Positions 46,219 to 55,246 of a stretch of DNA of 64,000 nucleotides are shown here, in pieces (the first letter of the stretch is position 1; the number at the start of each line of letters is the position of its first letter). The notes beneath the pieces are model-generated. The model was not told the DNA's origin. It saw only the letters and a list, made by a program, of their open reading frames with translations, and searched no databases. This DNA comes from Magnetococcales bacterium. GTDB taxonomy: Bacteria; Pseudomonadota; Magnetococcia; Magnetococcales; JADFYX01. The stretch covers positions 1,044-65,043 of the forward strand of contig JADFZS010000010.1 of the NCBI GenBank assembly GCA_015232405.1, read 5' to 3'. The position numbers and the translations under genes were made by a program.

Positions 46219-48165
46219 TTAGTTATTAAACTTGTTCAGTAATCTTGGTATCATTTCAGCTGGTTGCGCTCTACCGTGTAACCAACCCTGAACATCATCG
46301 CATCCTCCTTCAAACAATCTACACTGTTGATCTGCGGTCTCCACACCTTCAGCAGTTACCATTAAATTTAGACTGCGTGCCATGTTAATGATGGCAAAAA
46401 CTATATTGGATTTATCGGGTTTTGATTGCAGAGAAGTGATAAATGAACGGTCTATTTTAAGGCGATCAAAGGGAAACTGTTGCAGATGGGATAGTGATGA
46501 ATAACCAGTACCAAAATCATCAAGTGAGATTTTTACCCCCAACGCTTTAAGAGAGACAAGCACCTCTTTTGCCCTTTGGGCATCAGTCATAACCTGTGAT
46601 TCGGTTATTTCCAACTCCAGACAGTGGGGCGGCAGACCTGTACGTTGCAAAGATCCGACAACCACATCAACCAATTTAGGGTCGGAGAACTGACGAGGTG
46701 AGAGGTTTACAGCCACATGGAGGTTCTCATAACCCATATCTAGCCAACGTTTCAGATCCAAACAAGCACTTTCTAGAATATGCTGACCTAATGGAAGAAT
46801 TAAGCCAGTCTCTTCTGCCAGGGGAATAAACTGGTCTGGAAAGGCCACCATATGCCCAGGGTCAGCGGGGTCCAACCAGCGAACCAAAGCCTCAAAACCA
46901 ACAATTTTCATGGTGGAGAGAGCAATTTTTGGCTGATAATATGCTACTAGATCACCTTGATTAAGGGCGTTACGCAGATCATGCTCAAGATCTAGCAGGT
47001 TTTGGTTTTGTAGATGGGCCTCTTTGGAAAAAAGCTGGTACTCACCACCACCCTTTTTTTTGGCACTTTTCAAGGCAAACATGGCTTTTTCCAGCAGTTG
47101 ATCTCCATCATCGGGAAAAAGGCTTATACCGATACTAAGCTGAACTTGGAGAAACCTGCCATCCACCTGGATGGGTTTAGCCATGGCATCTTGAATTCGA
47201 CGTAACGGATGCATGATCTCACTGGTGTTTTGGATGGAACATAACAATAAAAACTCATCACCATCAGCCTTTGCCAAGGTGTCGCCACCACGCAAAACCC
47301 CAGCCAACCTTGTAGCCAGGGTTTTGAGAACGGCATCACCTCCGGTACGACCCATTGTATCGTTTATTCTACTAAAGCGGTCCACACCTAAAGCCATTAC
47401 TGCAATGGCCTCTTTGCTTCTTCGAGACTTGTATATAACCTGCTCCAACCTATCGATAAACAGACGTCGGTTGGGAATTCCAGTCAGTTTATCTTCAATA
47501 GCACGCTTTTGCTTTCGTTCATTATTCGTGTGCAATGTGTGCAAAACACTAAGAGCCATGGAGATGGAATCGACCAAAAGCTTACTGTGTGGATTCTCTT
47601 TGCAACGATCTCTGATTATAATGTTGACCACCATGATTATCTTTTCTGAGTTCATGGCTTTGACTTTGAAGATGCTATGACCGTGAGGTTTAGAATCATC
47701 TAAACGGTTGATATGGTTTTCATCAATTTCAGGTCTAAATAGGTAAGTGTGTTCCATATCCATGGCCAGTCCACACAGGCAACTGCCAAAGTCAATATTT
47801 CTACATAAATTGATCTGTTCCGGGGAAAAATTACTATGGGCAACCATGTTAAGCTTGCCATTTTCTTCATCTACCAAAAACAGGCAACCAGAGTCCAGGC
47901 TGTCCACATTGGGAATTGACAATAGATGATCCAGGGCCTTTTGCAGTTTGACTTTTAGTGAATCAGGAGTCGTGGAGAGACTGACAATATCCGTAATGAC
48001 CTTGAGTGCTATTCGATATTCGTCGGCTTCCGCCACAAGTGTCTGCTGAATCGTGGTTTGCAGTAGGTCAAAAAGTTCACGTTGCCCACAATCATCACGT
48101 TTTTTACCAACCTTGAAAAGATGACTCAACAGGGCTTTTAGGGGGGTGCTGTTATCACTCAACAT
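46219..48165 (-). CDS. GAF-like sensor / degenerate GGDEF / EAL protein (probable c-di-GMP phosphodiesterase)
   Basis: The GGDEF position reads ADGDEF (degenerate). EAL motifs are intact: FEALVRW, DDFGTGYSSL, LKIDRSF, EGVET. Confidence 0.85.
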   Translation of the reverse strand: MLSDNSTPLKALLSHLFKVGKKRDDCGQRELFDLLQTTIQQTLVAEADEYRIALKVITDIVSLSTTPDSLKVKLQKALDHLLSIPNVDSLDSGCLFLVDEENGKLNMVAHSNFSPEQINLCRNIDFGSCLCGLAMDMEHTYLFRPEIDENHINRLDDSKPHGHSIFKVKAMNSEKIIMVVNIIIRDRCKENPHSKLLVDSISMALSVLHTLHTNNERKQKRAIEDKLTGIPNRRLFIDRLEQVIYKSRRSKEAIAVMALGVDRFSRINDTMGRTGGDAVLKTLATRLAGVLRGGDTLAKADGDEFLLLCSIQNTSEIMHPLRRIQDAMAKPIQVDGRFLQVQLSIGISLFPDDGDQLLEKAMFALKSAKKKGGGEYQLFSKEAHLQNQNLLDLEHDLRNALNQGDLVAYYQPKIALSTMKIVGFEALVRWLDPADPGHMVAFPDQFIPLAEETGLILPLGQHILESACLDLKRWLDMGYENLHVAVNLSPRQFSDPKLVDVVVGSLQRTGLPPHCLELEITESQVMTDAQRAKEVLVSLKALGVKISLDDFGTGYSSLSHLQQFPFDRLKIDRSFITSLQSKPDKSNIVFAIINMARSLNLMVTAEGVETADQQCRLFEGGCDDVQGWLHGRAQPAEMIPRLLNKFNN

Positions 48166-49835
48166 ACAGGATCATTCTCTTGTTTTGCTAGTTGAACACA
48201 GTTGCGCCCCGCTCTTTTTGCTTGATATAGCGCATTATCAGCTAGCTTGACCAACTTTTCTCCACTCATCTTTGTTTCAAAATCTTTATAAACAACCACA
48301 CCAAGGGATATAGTTACTTTTAGACCATCAACCACCATAGCTTCAATGTCGGACCGCAAACGCTCCGCTGAGAACATAGCCCCCCGTTCATTGGTGTTGG
48401 GGAGAATAGCGACAAACTCCTCACCACCATAGCGGCAACTGATGTCCAGATTACGCATGGTGCTCTTCATCTGTTTGCCAACTGCTTCCAACACGCGATC
48501 ACCCTGGTCATGACCATGGGTATCATTAAATTTCTTAAAATGGTCGACATCAAATAGAATTAATGACATGACCTGTTTATATCTGGTAGACCTGCCAATC
48601 TCTGCGACCAATGACTCATCAAACATACGTCGATTGTTAAGGCCTGTAAGGGCATCGGTTGTTGCAATATGTCTTAGTTGCTCTTCTAGTTTTTTCTCAG
48701 CTGTTACATCACGAATAAGAGCTGCGGAACCAACCAACTCATCTTTCTCATTATAAAAAGATGATGCATAAAAAGAGAGCACCTTATCTTTATAAAAAAT
48801 TATATCAGGTGGTACATTTTCACTCAAATGGGCATCGATATAGGCCGGATCATCCACCAACTGATTAAAACCTTCTTGGATTATTGTTTTTCTGCGTTTT
48901 TTCAACAAACGTTCTGCAGATGGGTTGACCAAAACCACATTGTTTTGACGATCAGTAACAACTATACCCTCTCTAGCGGAAAGAATGATTGTTGAGAGTT
49001 TCTCTTTTTCACTGATAAGTCCTGAGTGGGTACGAGAGAGTTCATTAGCCATTAAATTAAATATATTGGCCATATCGCTCAATTCATCTCTTCCGATAAT
49101 TGGTACTTGATGATCCAAGTCACCTTCGGATATTGTCTGCATGGCCATTTTCATATCCCGGATCGGAATAACAAGGGAGCGTATCAATAGCCAACCTGCT
49201 AAACTGGTCATCAATACCGCCATTAGCATAACTATTTTAAGACCCTGTTTTAACTGGGACATCTCCGCCACAAGATCATTCATGGCTAAAACAGCCAGAT
49301 CTCTCTCTTGTCGTAGCAGTGGCTCTAAATCAAAATCAACATACTCAGCTGAGGTATTAAACTCCCTTTTGGCTTCAAAGCCCTCCTCTTTTCGTTCTTC
49401 AACAAAAGCCAAGGCCATCTTTTTACCAAGTTCGTAAAACTCCTTGGTACTTTCTCTAATTCTCTCTACACTTTCGATCACATCTTTATTATCTTTGCCA
49501 GCATAGAACTTTTTGTACTCTTCTAGGTTCTCAAGGAAATCGTCAAAATAGTCAGAAGCACCACTAAAAACATCAGAATCCGATCTCTCATCCTTATCAA
49601 TAGCAACTTCTGTAAGATAATATTGCATTTGCAGTAGATCTTTGCCCATGTTGTTGCCAAGCATCATCAATTGCAATCTCTGGTCACGTACCTCTTGAAT
49701 TGAGCGGAACATACCTTCGATGGCAATCCAACTCCAGATACCAACAAACATAAGCATCAACAACGGAATAATAACTCCAAGGGTTACTCTGACGCTGATT
49801 TTAAATCTATTAAGATTCATTAGAACTCCCGCCAC
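48159..49835 (-). CDS. Membrane sensor diguanylate cyclase (helical sensor-HAMP-PAS-GGDEF)
   Basis: Two TM segments flank a helical extracytoplasmic domain, then HAMP and PAS. Active-site RYGGEEF has a canonical I-site RNLD five residues upstream. It overlaps the downstream gene by 7 nt. Confidence 0.85.
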   Translation of the reverse strand: MAGVLMNLNRFKISVRVTLGVIIPLLMLMFVGIWSWIAIEGMFRSIQEVRDQRLQLMMLGNNMGKDLLQMQYYLTEVAIDKDERSDSDVFSGASDYFDDFLENLEEYKKFYAGKDNKDVIESVERIRESTKEFYELGKKMALAFVEERKEEGFEAKREFNTSAEYVDFDLEPLLRQERDLAVLAMNDLVAEMSQLKQGLKIVMLMAVLMTSLAGWLLIRSLVIPIRDMKMAMQTISEGDLDHQVPIIGRDELSDMANIFNLMANELSRTHSGLISEKEKLSTIILSAREGIVVTDRQNNVVLVNPSAERLLKKRRKTIIQEGFNQLVDDPAYIDAHLSENVPPDIIFYKDKVLSFYASSFYNEKDELVGSAALIRDVTAEKKLEEQLRHIATTDALTGLNNRRMFDESLVAEIGRSTRYKQVMSLILFDVDHFKKFNDTHGHDQGDRVLEAVGKQMKSTMRNLDISCRYGGEEFVAILPNTNERGAMFSAERLRSDIEAMVVDGLKVTISLGVVVYKDFETKMSGEKLVKLADNALYQAKRAGRNCVQLAKQENDPVC

Positions 49836-50328
49836 TCTTAAGTCAATTTTGTGTTTAGCTTTAATTGGTAGTCGATATTATATGAAAACTTCATTTCTAA
49901 ACCCTGACCTAACCCATCAATTGTATCACTTTTAGAAAGAGAATTCAGTGCAAAATCTCTGAGTAGCTACCTTGTTGTAGTCCACCCTGCCCGTTATTTC
50001 GAGCTGTTCAACATCTATTTTGTTCCATTGGGTTATTGCAAAACTGTTACATACCAGTTTCTATTGTAATATCATTAATAGTTCGTTAACAAATAAAAAA
50101 TAGATAGATGTTTTGATTGAATTTTTTGATTCGTAGTTTGTAAAGACAAATACCACAACTTTTGTCGGGTTTTTGATAAAAAAACCTATGGAGAGTTAAT
50201 AAAAATATTTGTCAAAATTGTTTGTACAGGAAATAATAATACACAAATTTTATTTCAAATAGCGAAAATATACGTAAACAAGATTGATAATGCGGTTGAA
50301 CTAATGAAATATGCCAAAAAGAGAGATT

Positions 50329-51822
50329 TTACAAATCGATCATAGATTTATAGAGATCTCTGTAGTTTCGTTTCATATCATTGATAGCATAATATTTTTC
50401 CACCCTTTTTTTCATGGCATTACTACATTGTTCATACCATTCACCATCGCTTAAAAGACGAATGAGAGCACTAGCAGTTTCACGAGGATTGGAAACTCGT
50501 GTTATTGCACCTGCTGGACCTAATGGGGGATCTTCATCAGGATGTCCCATAATCATTTCACGACATCCACCCACATCTGTTGCGACAGTTGGAATTCCTG
50601 AAACCCCTGCTTCTAAAATCACTAAGGGTTGTCCTTCACTGATACTGGTTAAGACATTGACATCAATTTTACCCATATACTCCATCAAGTTTACCCGACC
50701 TGTAAATGTAACTGACTCTTCAAGTGAATAGTGTTTGATCAGCTGATTACACTCACCAAAATAGTCCATATCCTCCTCAGCAGGCCCTAGTACCAAAACC
50801 TTAACATGTGGTAAAGCTTCTACCAATATGGCACAGGCTCGTAGAAAACTTTTGATATCTTTAATTGGAACAACCCGGCCTATCAAAGCTACTGTAGGCG
50901 GGCGATTTTCCTCTTTAACCACTTTACCAAAACGTTCTAAATCGACACCATTTGGAATTATGCGCATTTTTTTTTCGTCAGCACCATCAGATTTTTGAAA
51001 AAGCTGATTACCTGCATGCAGGGTTATTATATGTTTGCTTGCATCGTAACAAACTTTGGAGTAGGCGTGAAAAGTGTCAATCCACAAACTTTTTATATCT
51101 TTTTCCGAATGATCAACTTGAATGGAGGTTCTAGGTTTTTCATATATCCAACTTGCCATATTGATTTCAATGCGTCTTTCATTAGTATAAATGCCATGTT
51201 CAGTGACAAATACCGGGCGTTTTTTTTCAATACCGGCTCTTGCCAGGGCAAATCCAGCAAAACCGGTAGAGACCGAGTGATAAACCTTGGCCTCAGGAAG
51301 TTCGCAGGTAAGAAGAATAAACAGGTTTCCAGTCAGATACCGCCATGTCCAAAAAACATCGGGAAAAGATGAGTTGGGTAGGTTTTTATTATAGAATGCG
51401 ACAAATAGTTTCCATGCTTCTTTTGAGTTCATCACCCTTTCCCAATCCAAATACTCCCGATAGGGACGAATTGTCTCAATTAGCTCTCCCAACGTATCAA
51501 GACTTGGTTCATCGTAAAATGCGATTAAATTTTTTTCCAATTCTTTAAAAAAGTACCCCCATAAAGCAAACCTCTTTTTTTTACGAGCTTTAAAGGGACC
51601 AAGAAATACATTATGAACCTCTATCAAGTTATCAGGAAGTTCAAAACACATTTTGGTTTCCGTATTTGCAGGAAGGATCGCCAATAAGGAAAAAGTACAA
51701 TCGGGGATGGAACGTATTATGTCATGAACCCAGCTGGAGACTCCACCAGGTACATATGGATAGGTTCCCTCAACAATCATGCAGATATCAGCAACTCTTT
51801 TATTTGAAGATGAACTTTTCAT
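50329..51822 (-). CDS. pelF: Pel polysaccharide glycosyltransferase PelF (GT4)
   Basis: N-terminal IVEGTYPYVPGGVSSWVHDII is characteristic of PelF. C-terminal GT4 motif SISEGQPLVILEAGVSGIP. Gene order matches pelDEF. Confidence 0.85.
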   Translation of the reverse strand: MKSSSSNKRVADICMIVEGTYPYVPGGVSSWVHDIIRSIPDCTFSLLAILPANTETKMCFELPDNLIEVHNVFLGPFKARKKKRFALWGYFFKELEKNLIAFYDEPSLDTLGELIETIRPYREYLDWERVMNSKEAWKLFVAFYNKNLPNSSFPDVFWTWRYLTGNLFILLTCELPEAKVYHSVSTGFAGFALARAGIEKKRPVFVTEHGIYTNERRIEINMASWIYEKPRTSIQVDHSEKDIKSLWIDTFHAYSKVCYDASKHIITLHAGNQLFQKSDGADEKKMRIIPNGVDLERFGKVVKEENRPPTVALIGRVVPIKDIKSFLRACAILVEALPHVKVLVLGPAEEDMDYFGECNQLIKHYSLEESVTFTGRVNLMEYMGKIDVNVLTSISEGQPLVILEAGVSGIPTVATDVGGCREMIMGHPDEDPPLGPAGAITRVSNPRETASALIRLLSDGEWYEQCSNAMKKRVEKYYAINDMKRNYRDLYKSMIDL

Positions 51823-52922
51823 TTTAAAGAGTTAGCCCACATCTGAATTGATTGAATGACTTTTATAGGGAAATCTGTATTCTTTATAAATCTATCTACA
51901 TATTTTTCAGCTATTTCATTTAACAGGTCGTATTTTCCATTTTGATAAAGAGCATCCATATACCAGGTTACTATTTTCAAATCATCTTTATCAAAGGTTA
52001 TAGACTTTTTCAACAGCTCCTCAGCCTCGGCTATCTGTCCATTTTTCAATAGTAGACGGCCGATTGAAGATATGGTTTGCAGGTCTTCCTTATCAAGCTC
52101 CAAATATCGTTTATAATAACCGATGGCTTTATTACGATTGGTTGTTGCACTCAGATCATCTAAAAGTCCACTGAAAGCATACTCATCAATATGTTTGGCA
52201 GTGGTGATTAGCAACTCAGGGTTATGGGGATCTTCCAATATCTGTTTTTCATAAACCAAAGATTTTTTTGTATATTCGTTTTCAACATGAGAGATAGCAG
52301 TGGCAGCCTGTACCCTGATAGCATTGTCTGGTGAGTTAACAGCCTCTTGCAAAATTGAGGCAAATGCAGGTTTGAAATGACCAGTTATCAGGGCAATCAT
52401 AGAGAGTTTTTGGCTCTGGTTTCCAAAAGCCAGAATGTCTTTGAATGGCGACAGACCCCCTGGTGTGTCTGCAGTTGAAATTCTAAGTTTGTCTGCCAAC
52501 TCTTCTGAGTATTGTCGGCTTTCATCGGGAAAAAGCTCGGCATACCAATCATCAAATGGACGGGAATCTTTTCCATAACTCAAAAACAGAATAAAAACAA
52601 AAAAGGTACCGATTATCCCAACCAACCCAAGCATGGCAGTAGTACCAGCCAGCAAAAGAAATAGAGCTCTACCACAACTGGACCATTTTGAATAATAAGC
52701 TATCGTTACCAAAACAGTGACAAAAACTACATGCATGATAATGAGCCAACCACCAGTAATAGTACTAGTAGTAGTTTCCAACTTAAACATCTCATTCAAC
52801 ATGATAAGATGGATAAGCAGGGTTACAGTAAAAAACAGCAAAAATTTAAGAATGCAAGATCTGTTGACTACAAAAATTGGGATATGGGTTTTTTTATCAG
52901 AAATATCTGTTGAGGTACTCAT
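51819..52922 (-). CDS. pelE: PelE-like inner-membrane TPR protein
   Basis: Four N-terminal TM helices followed by a TPR-like cytoplasmic region. It lies between the pelD-like and pelF-like genes and overlaps the pelF start by 4 nt. Confidence 0.65.
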   Translation of the reverse strand: MSTSTDISDKKTHIPIFVVNRSCILKFLLFFTVTLLIHLIMLNEMFKLETTTSTITGGWLIIMHVVFVTVLVTIAYYSKWSSCGRALFLLLAGTTAMLGLVGIIGTFFVFILFLSYGKDSRPFDDWYAELFPDESRQYSEELADKLRISTADTPGGLSPFKDILAFGNQSQKLSMIALITGHFKPAFASILQEAVNSPDNAIRVQAATAISHVENEYTKKSLVYEKQILEDPHNPELLITTAKHIDEYAFSGLLDDLSATTNRNKAIGYYKRYLELDKEDLQTISSIGRLLLKNGQIAEAEELLKKSITFDKDDLKIVTWYMDALYQNGKYDLLNEIAEKYVDRFIKNTDFPIKVIQSIQMWANSLK

Positions 52923-52927
52923 CTCCT

Positions 52928-54337
52928 CTACCTAGTATCTTTGCTGTTATAAACAACTTTTGAAGTTACCTCAAACACAGCAAGAGGAGCAACCCAAGCC
53001 AACTTCTTCTCTAAAATATCACGAACTTTATTTATGACCAAAGGCAGATGTTCACTGGGTGTTGCAGGTAGGAGCAAGGCAAACTCCTCTCCTATTACAT
53101 CATAATCAAAAATCATATCTGTAGTACGCATAGCCAAGGTCATCAAATCCCCAATGGATACGGGCAATCTGCCTAACTCTTGCTGAGATAATTCTTGCGG
53201 ATTTGTTAAACGGATTATTATTAAACACACATCAAACTTGTTACGTCGCCCCAAAACAGATAGCACTTCAATTTGTCTTTGCAGGAATCCTATTGAATAG
53301 AGTTTATGATCTTCATTGACCATCTTTTCGGATTGGGCACGGTGATGACGGCGTGCCTTATCGTAAGCAATACCAATCCATTCACAAAGAAGTTTAAAAT
53401 TCTCAATGTTGCTTGTATTTAGTTCAGAAAACTCTAATTTTTCAACCTTGAGCATACCGATAAAATTACCGGAATCCGTACTTATCAAGGGGCTGGCAAT
53501 TATTCCCTGATCTTCTAAAATTGCTCTGTCCTCGGTACGAGCCACACACAAAGTTTGTTGGCTGCCTATAACAGTACGGAAAAGAGGTGTGTGAGGTTCA
53601 AAAAGTTCAATATATCCTTTCTCCGACCAACCCTCTTTAATAACTACTTCAAGACCCTGTTTACTGAGCAGAAATATAGAGAATGAATCTGGATTTAAAA
53701 CCATACTAACCAGATCTTTCGCTCCATTTAAAATTGTTTTTGTATCATGCCCCTCCATGATCTGAGCCATTTTAAAATAGGAGATCATAGTTTGTGTTTG
53801 ACCAGCAACCATGGTTTCAAGGCGATCTTTGATCTGGTGCATCTGGACATAAGCGTTAGTAATAGAGTGTTCACGCCCCTGTCCTTCAACTAAATACTGA
53901 CGTAATTTATCTCTTTCTCTTATATGCCGAAGCCTTAACTCTCCAAGAATAGTAGATGTCATCAACCAAAAAATTGGCAGTTTCATTATTGTATAAATAT
54001 GCTCATAAACATCTTGCCCAAATACATAATTGTTTGCAGAACCTGAAAAAATCAATATCAGGCTGGCTATAATTGTAACAACCATGCCCTCCCAACGACC
54101 ATATTGTACGGTAATTATGAGTATGATTATCCAAAATGGGTGGGGGTCAACCTGATAAAAACCATCACTATTGCCAAAATAGTTATCAATTGCAAAACAG
54201 ACAGCAAAAAAAATGCCCATCTCCAACAAAGCACTGGTTCTTATACCTAAAAATTTTTTTTGTTTGGGAAACGATACCAAATTTGCATTTAGGTCGGACG
54301 GGGCAGGCTGCTCACTATTGCTTGATTCAACTAGCAT
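52928..54337 (-). CDS. pelD: PelD-like c-di-GMP receptor (TM-GAF-degenerate GGDEF)
   Basis: Four N-terminal TM helices and a central GAF-like region. C-terminal degenerate GGDEF (IGEEFALLLP) with an upstream RTTD (RxxD) I-site-like motif. Confidence 0.75.
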   Translation of the reverse strand: MLVESSNSEQPAPSDLNANLVSFPKQKKFLGIRTSALLEMGIFFAVCFAIDNYFGNSDGFYQVDPHPFWIIILIITVQYGRWEGMVVTIIASLILIFSGSANNYVFGQDVYEHIYTIMKLPIFWLMTSTILGELRLRHIRERDKLRQYLVEGQGREHSITNAYVQMHQIKDRLETMVAGQTQTMISYFKMAQIMEGHDTKTILNGAKDLVSMVLNPDSFSIFLLSKQGLEVVIKEGWSEKGYIELFEPHTPLFRTVIGSQQTLCVARTEDRAILEDQGIIASPLISTDSGNFIGMLKVEKLEFSELNTSNIENFKLLCEWIGIAYDKARRHHRAQSEKMVNEDHKLYSIGFLQRQIEVLSVLGRRNKFDVCLIIIRLTNPQELSQQELGRLPVSIGDLMTLAMRTTDMIFDYDVIGEEFALLLPATPSEHLPLVINKVRDILEKKLAWVAPLAVFEVTSKVVYNSKDTR

Positions 54338-54971
54338 CTTTAGGGGTGGATTTCTTTAAAAGTAATCTTGATACAAGTTGCTGGACCAAACTCTTTGATG
54401 TAGAGGCGAGTGTCTCTCTACTTCCGATAATTGAACCACGCATGGAGTGGCTGGCTTTCCACATTACCACTCCGTCTTTGGTTCTTAACAGAGATAAAAC
54501 AAGACTAACTATTGGGTCAGCACGTAAACCGTGCTGGTATGAATACTCAGTAACAGTACCGGTCAATATCATATCGACCTGCAAACGTTTTCCCAATCGA
54601 GTACTGTTGTAGGGTTTCATTACACGATCTTTTTCTACACTGTTTGTTTTTAGATATCTACGAATTGTATCTTCCGGTGGTTGATTGGTCACACCTTGTA
54701 CATATAGCTCTGTTGAAACAAGTTTCGCAACAATAACACCAGCATTGGGAGTTGTACTAAAATTTTCCAGAGGTACAACCGCTAAAGACAAATCCTTTAC
54801 TGAAAGCAACTCTTTGCTACGAAAAACTTGTATATTTTCCGGGGTAGCAGAAATGGTCACACACCCAGAGAGAGTTGCAACAAACAGTGATAAGAAGGCT
54901 ATCTTTAAAAATCGATAGCCAAACTCAACAATCCCTATTTGTCTGTTTATTAACATTGCGTTTGATTCCAA
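54327..54971 (-). CDS. pelC: PelC-like outer-membrane lipoprotein
   Basis: Lipobox LSGC. Size and position between the porin-like and pelD-like genes match PelC. Confidence 0.65.
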   Translation of the reverse strand: MESNAMLINRQIGIVEFGYRFLKIAFLSLFVATLSGCVTISATPENIQVFRSKELLSVKDLSLAVVPLENFSTTPNAGVIVAKLVSTELYVQGVTNQPPEDTIRRYLKTNSVEKDRVMKPYNSTRLGKRLQVDMILTGTVTEYSYQHGLRADPIVSLVLSLLRTKDGVVMWKASHSMRGSIIGSRETLASTSKSLVQQLVSRLLLKKSTPKDAS

Positions 54972-55246
54972 CTTTTACCACGTTTCAACTTATTTCTAAG
55001 TTATAAAGCTACAAATAACTGTGATCTATAAAGCAGTTCAAGTGCTTTAGAGTAAACACAGATAGTTATTTATCGGCTATACAGTGTAAAAGTGTACTGA
55101 TTTTGATGGATCTCCTTTTGTGTATAGCAAAAGTTACTGCTTTGCCAAATGGAAAAACAAAAACCATCCTAACCAATTGTGTGACAAGCTCTTTACGTTT
55201 AAGTAAGAATAATCAACAGTTTGCTTAAACCATAACATGTTTTATG

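Noticed and set aside
49836-50328. Possibility that this spacer is a decayed pelG
   Set aside because: No frame shows extended hydrophobic coding potential, and the segment is far too short for a 12-TM protein. It more likely carries the promoter of the diguanylate cyclase gene.
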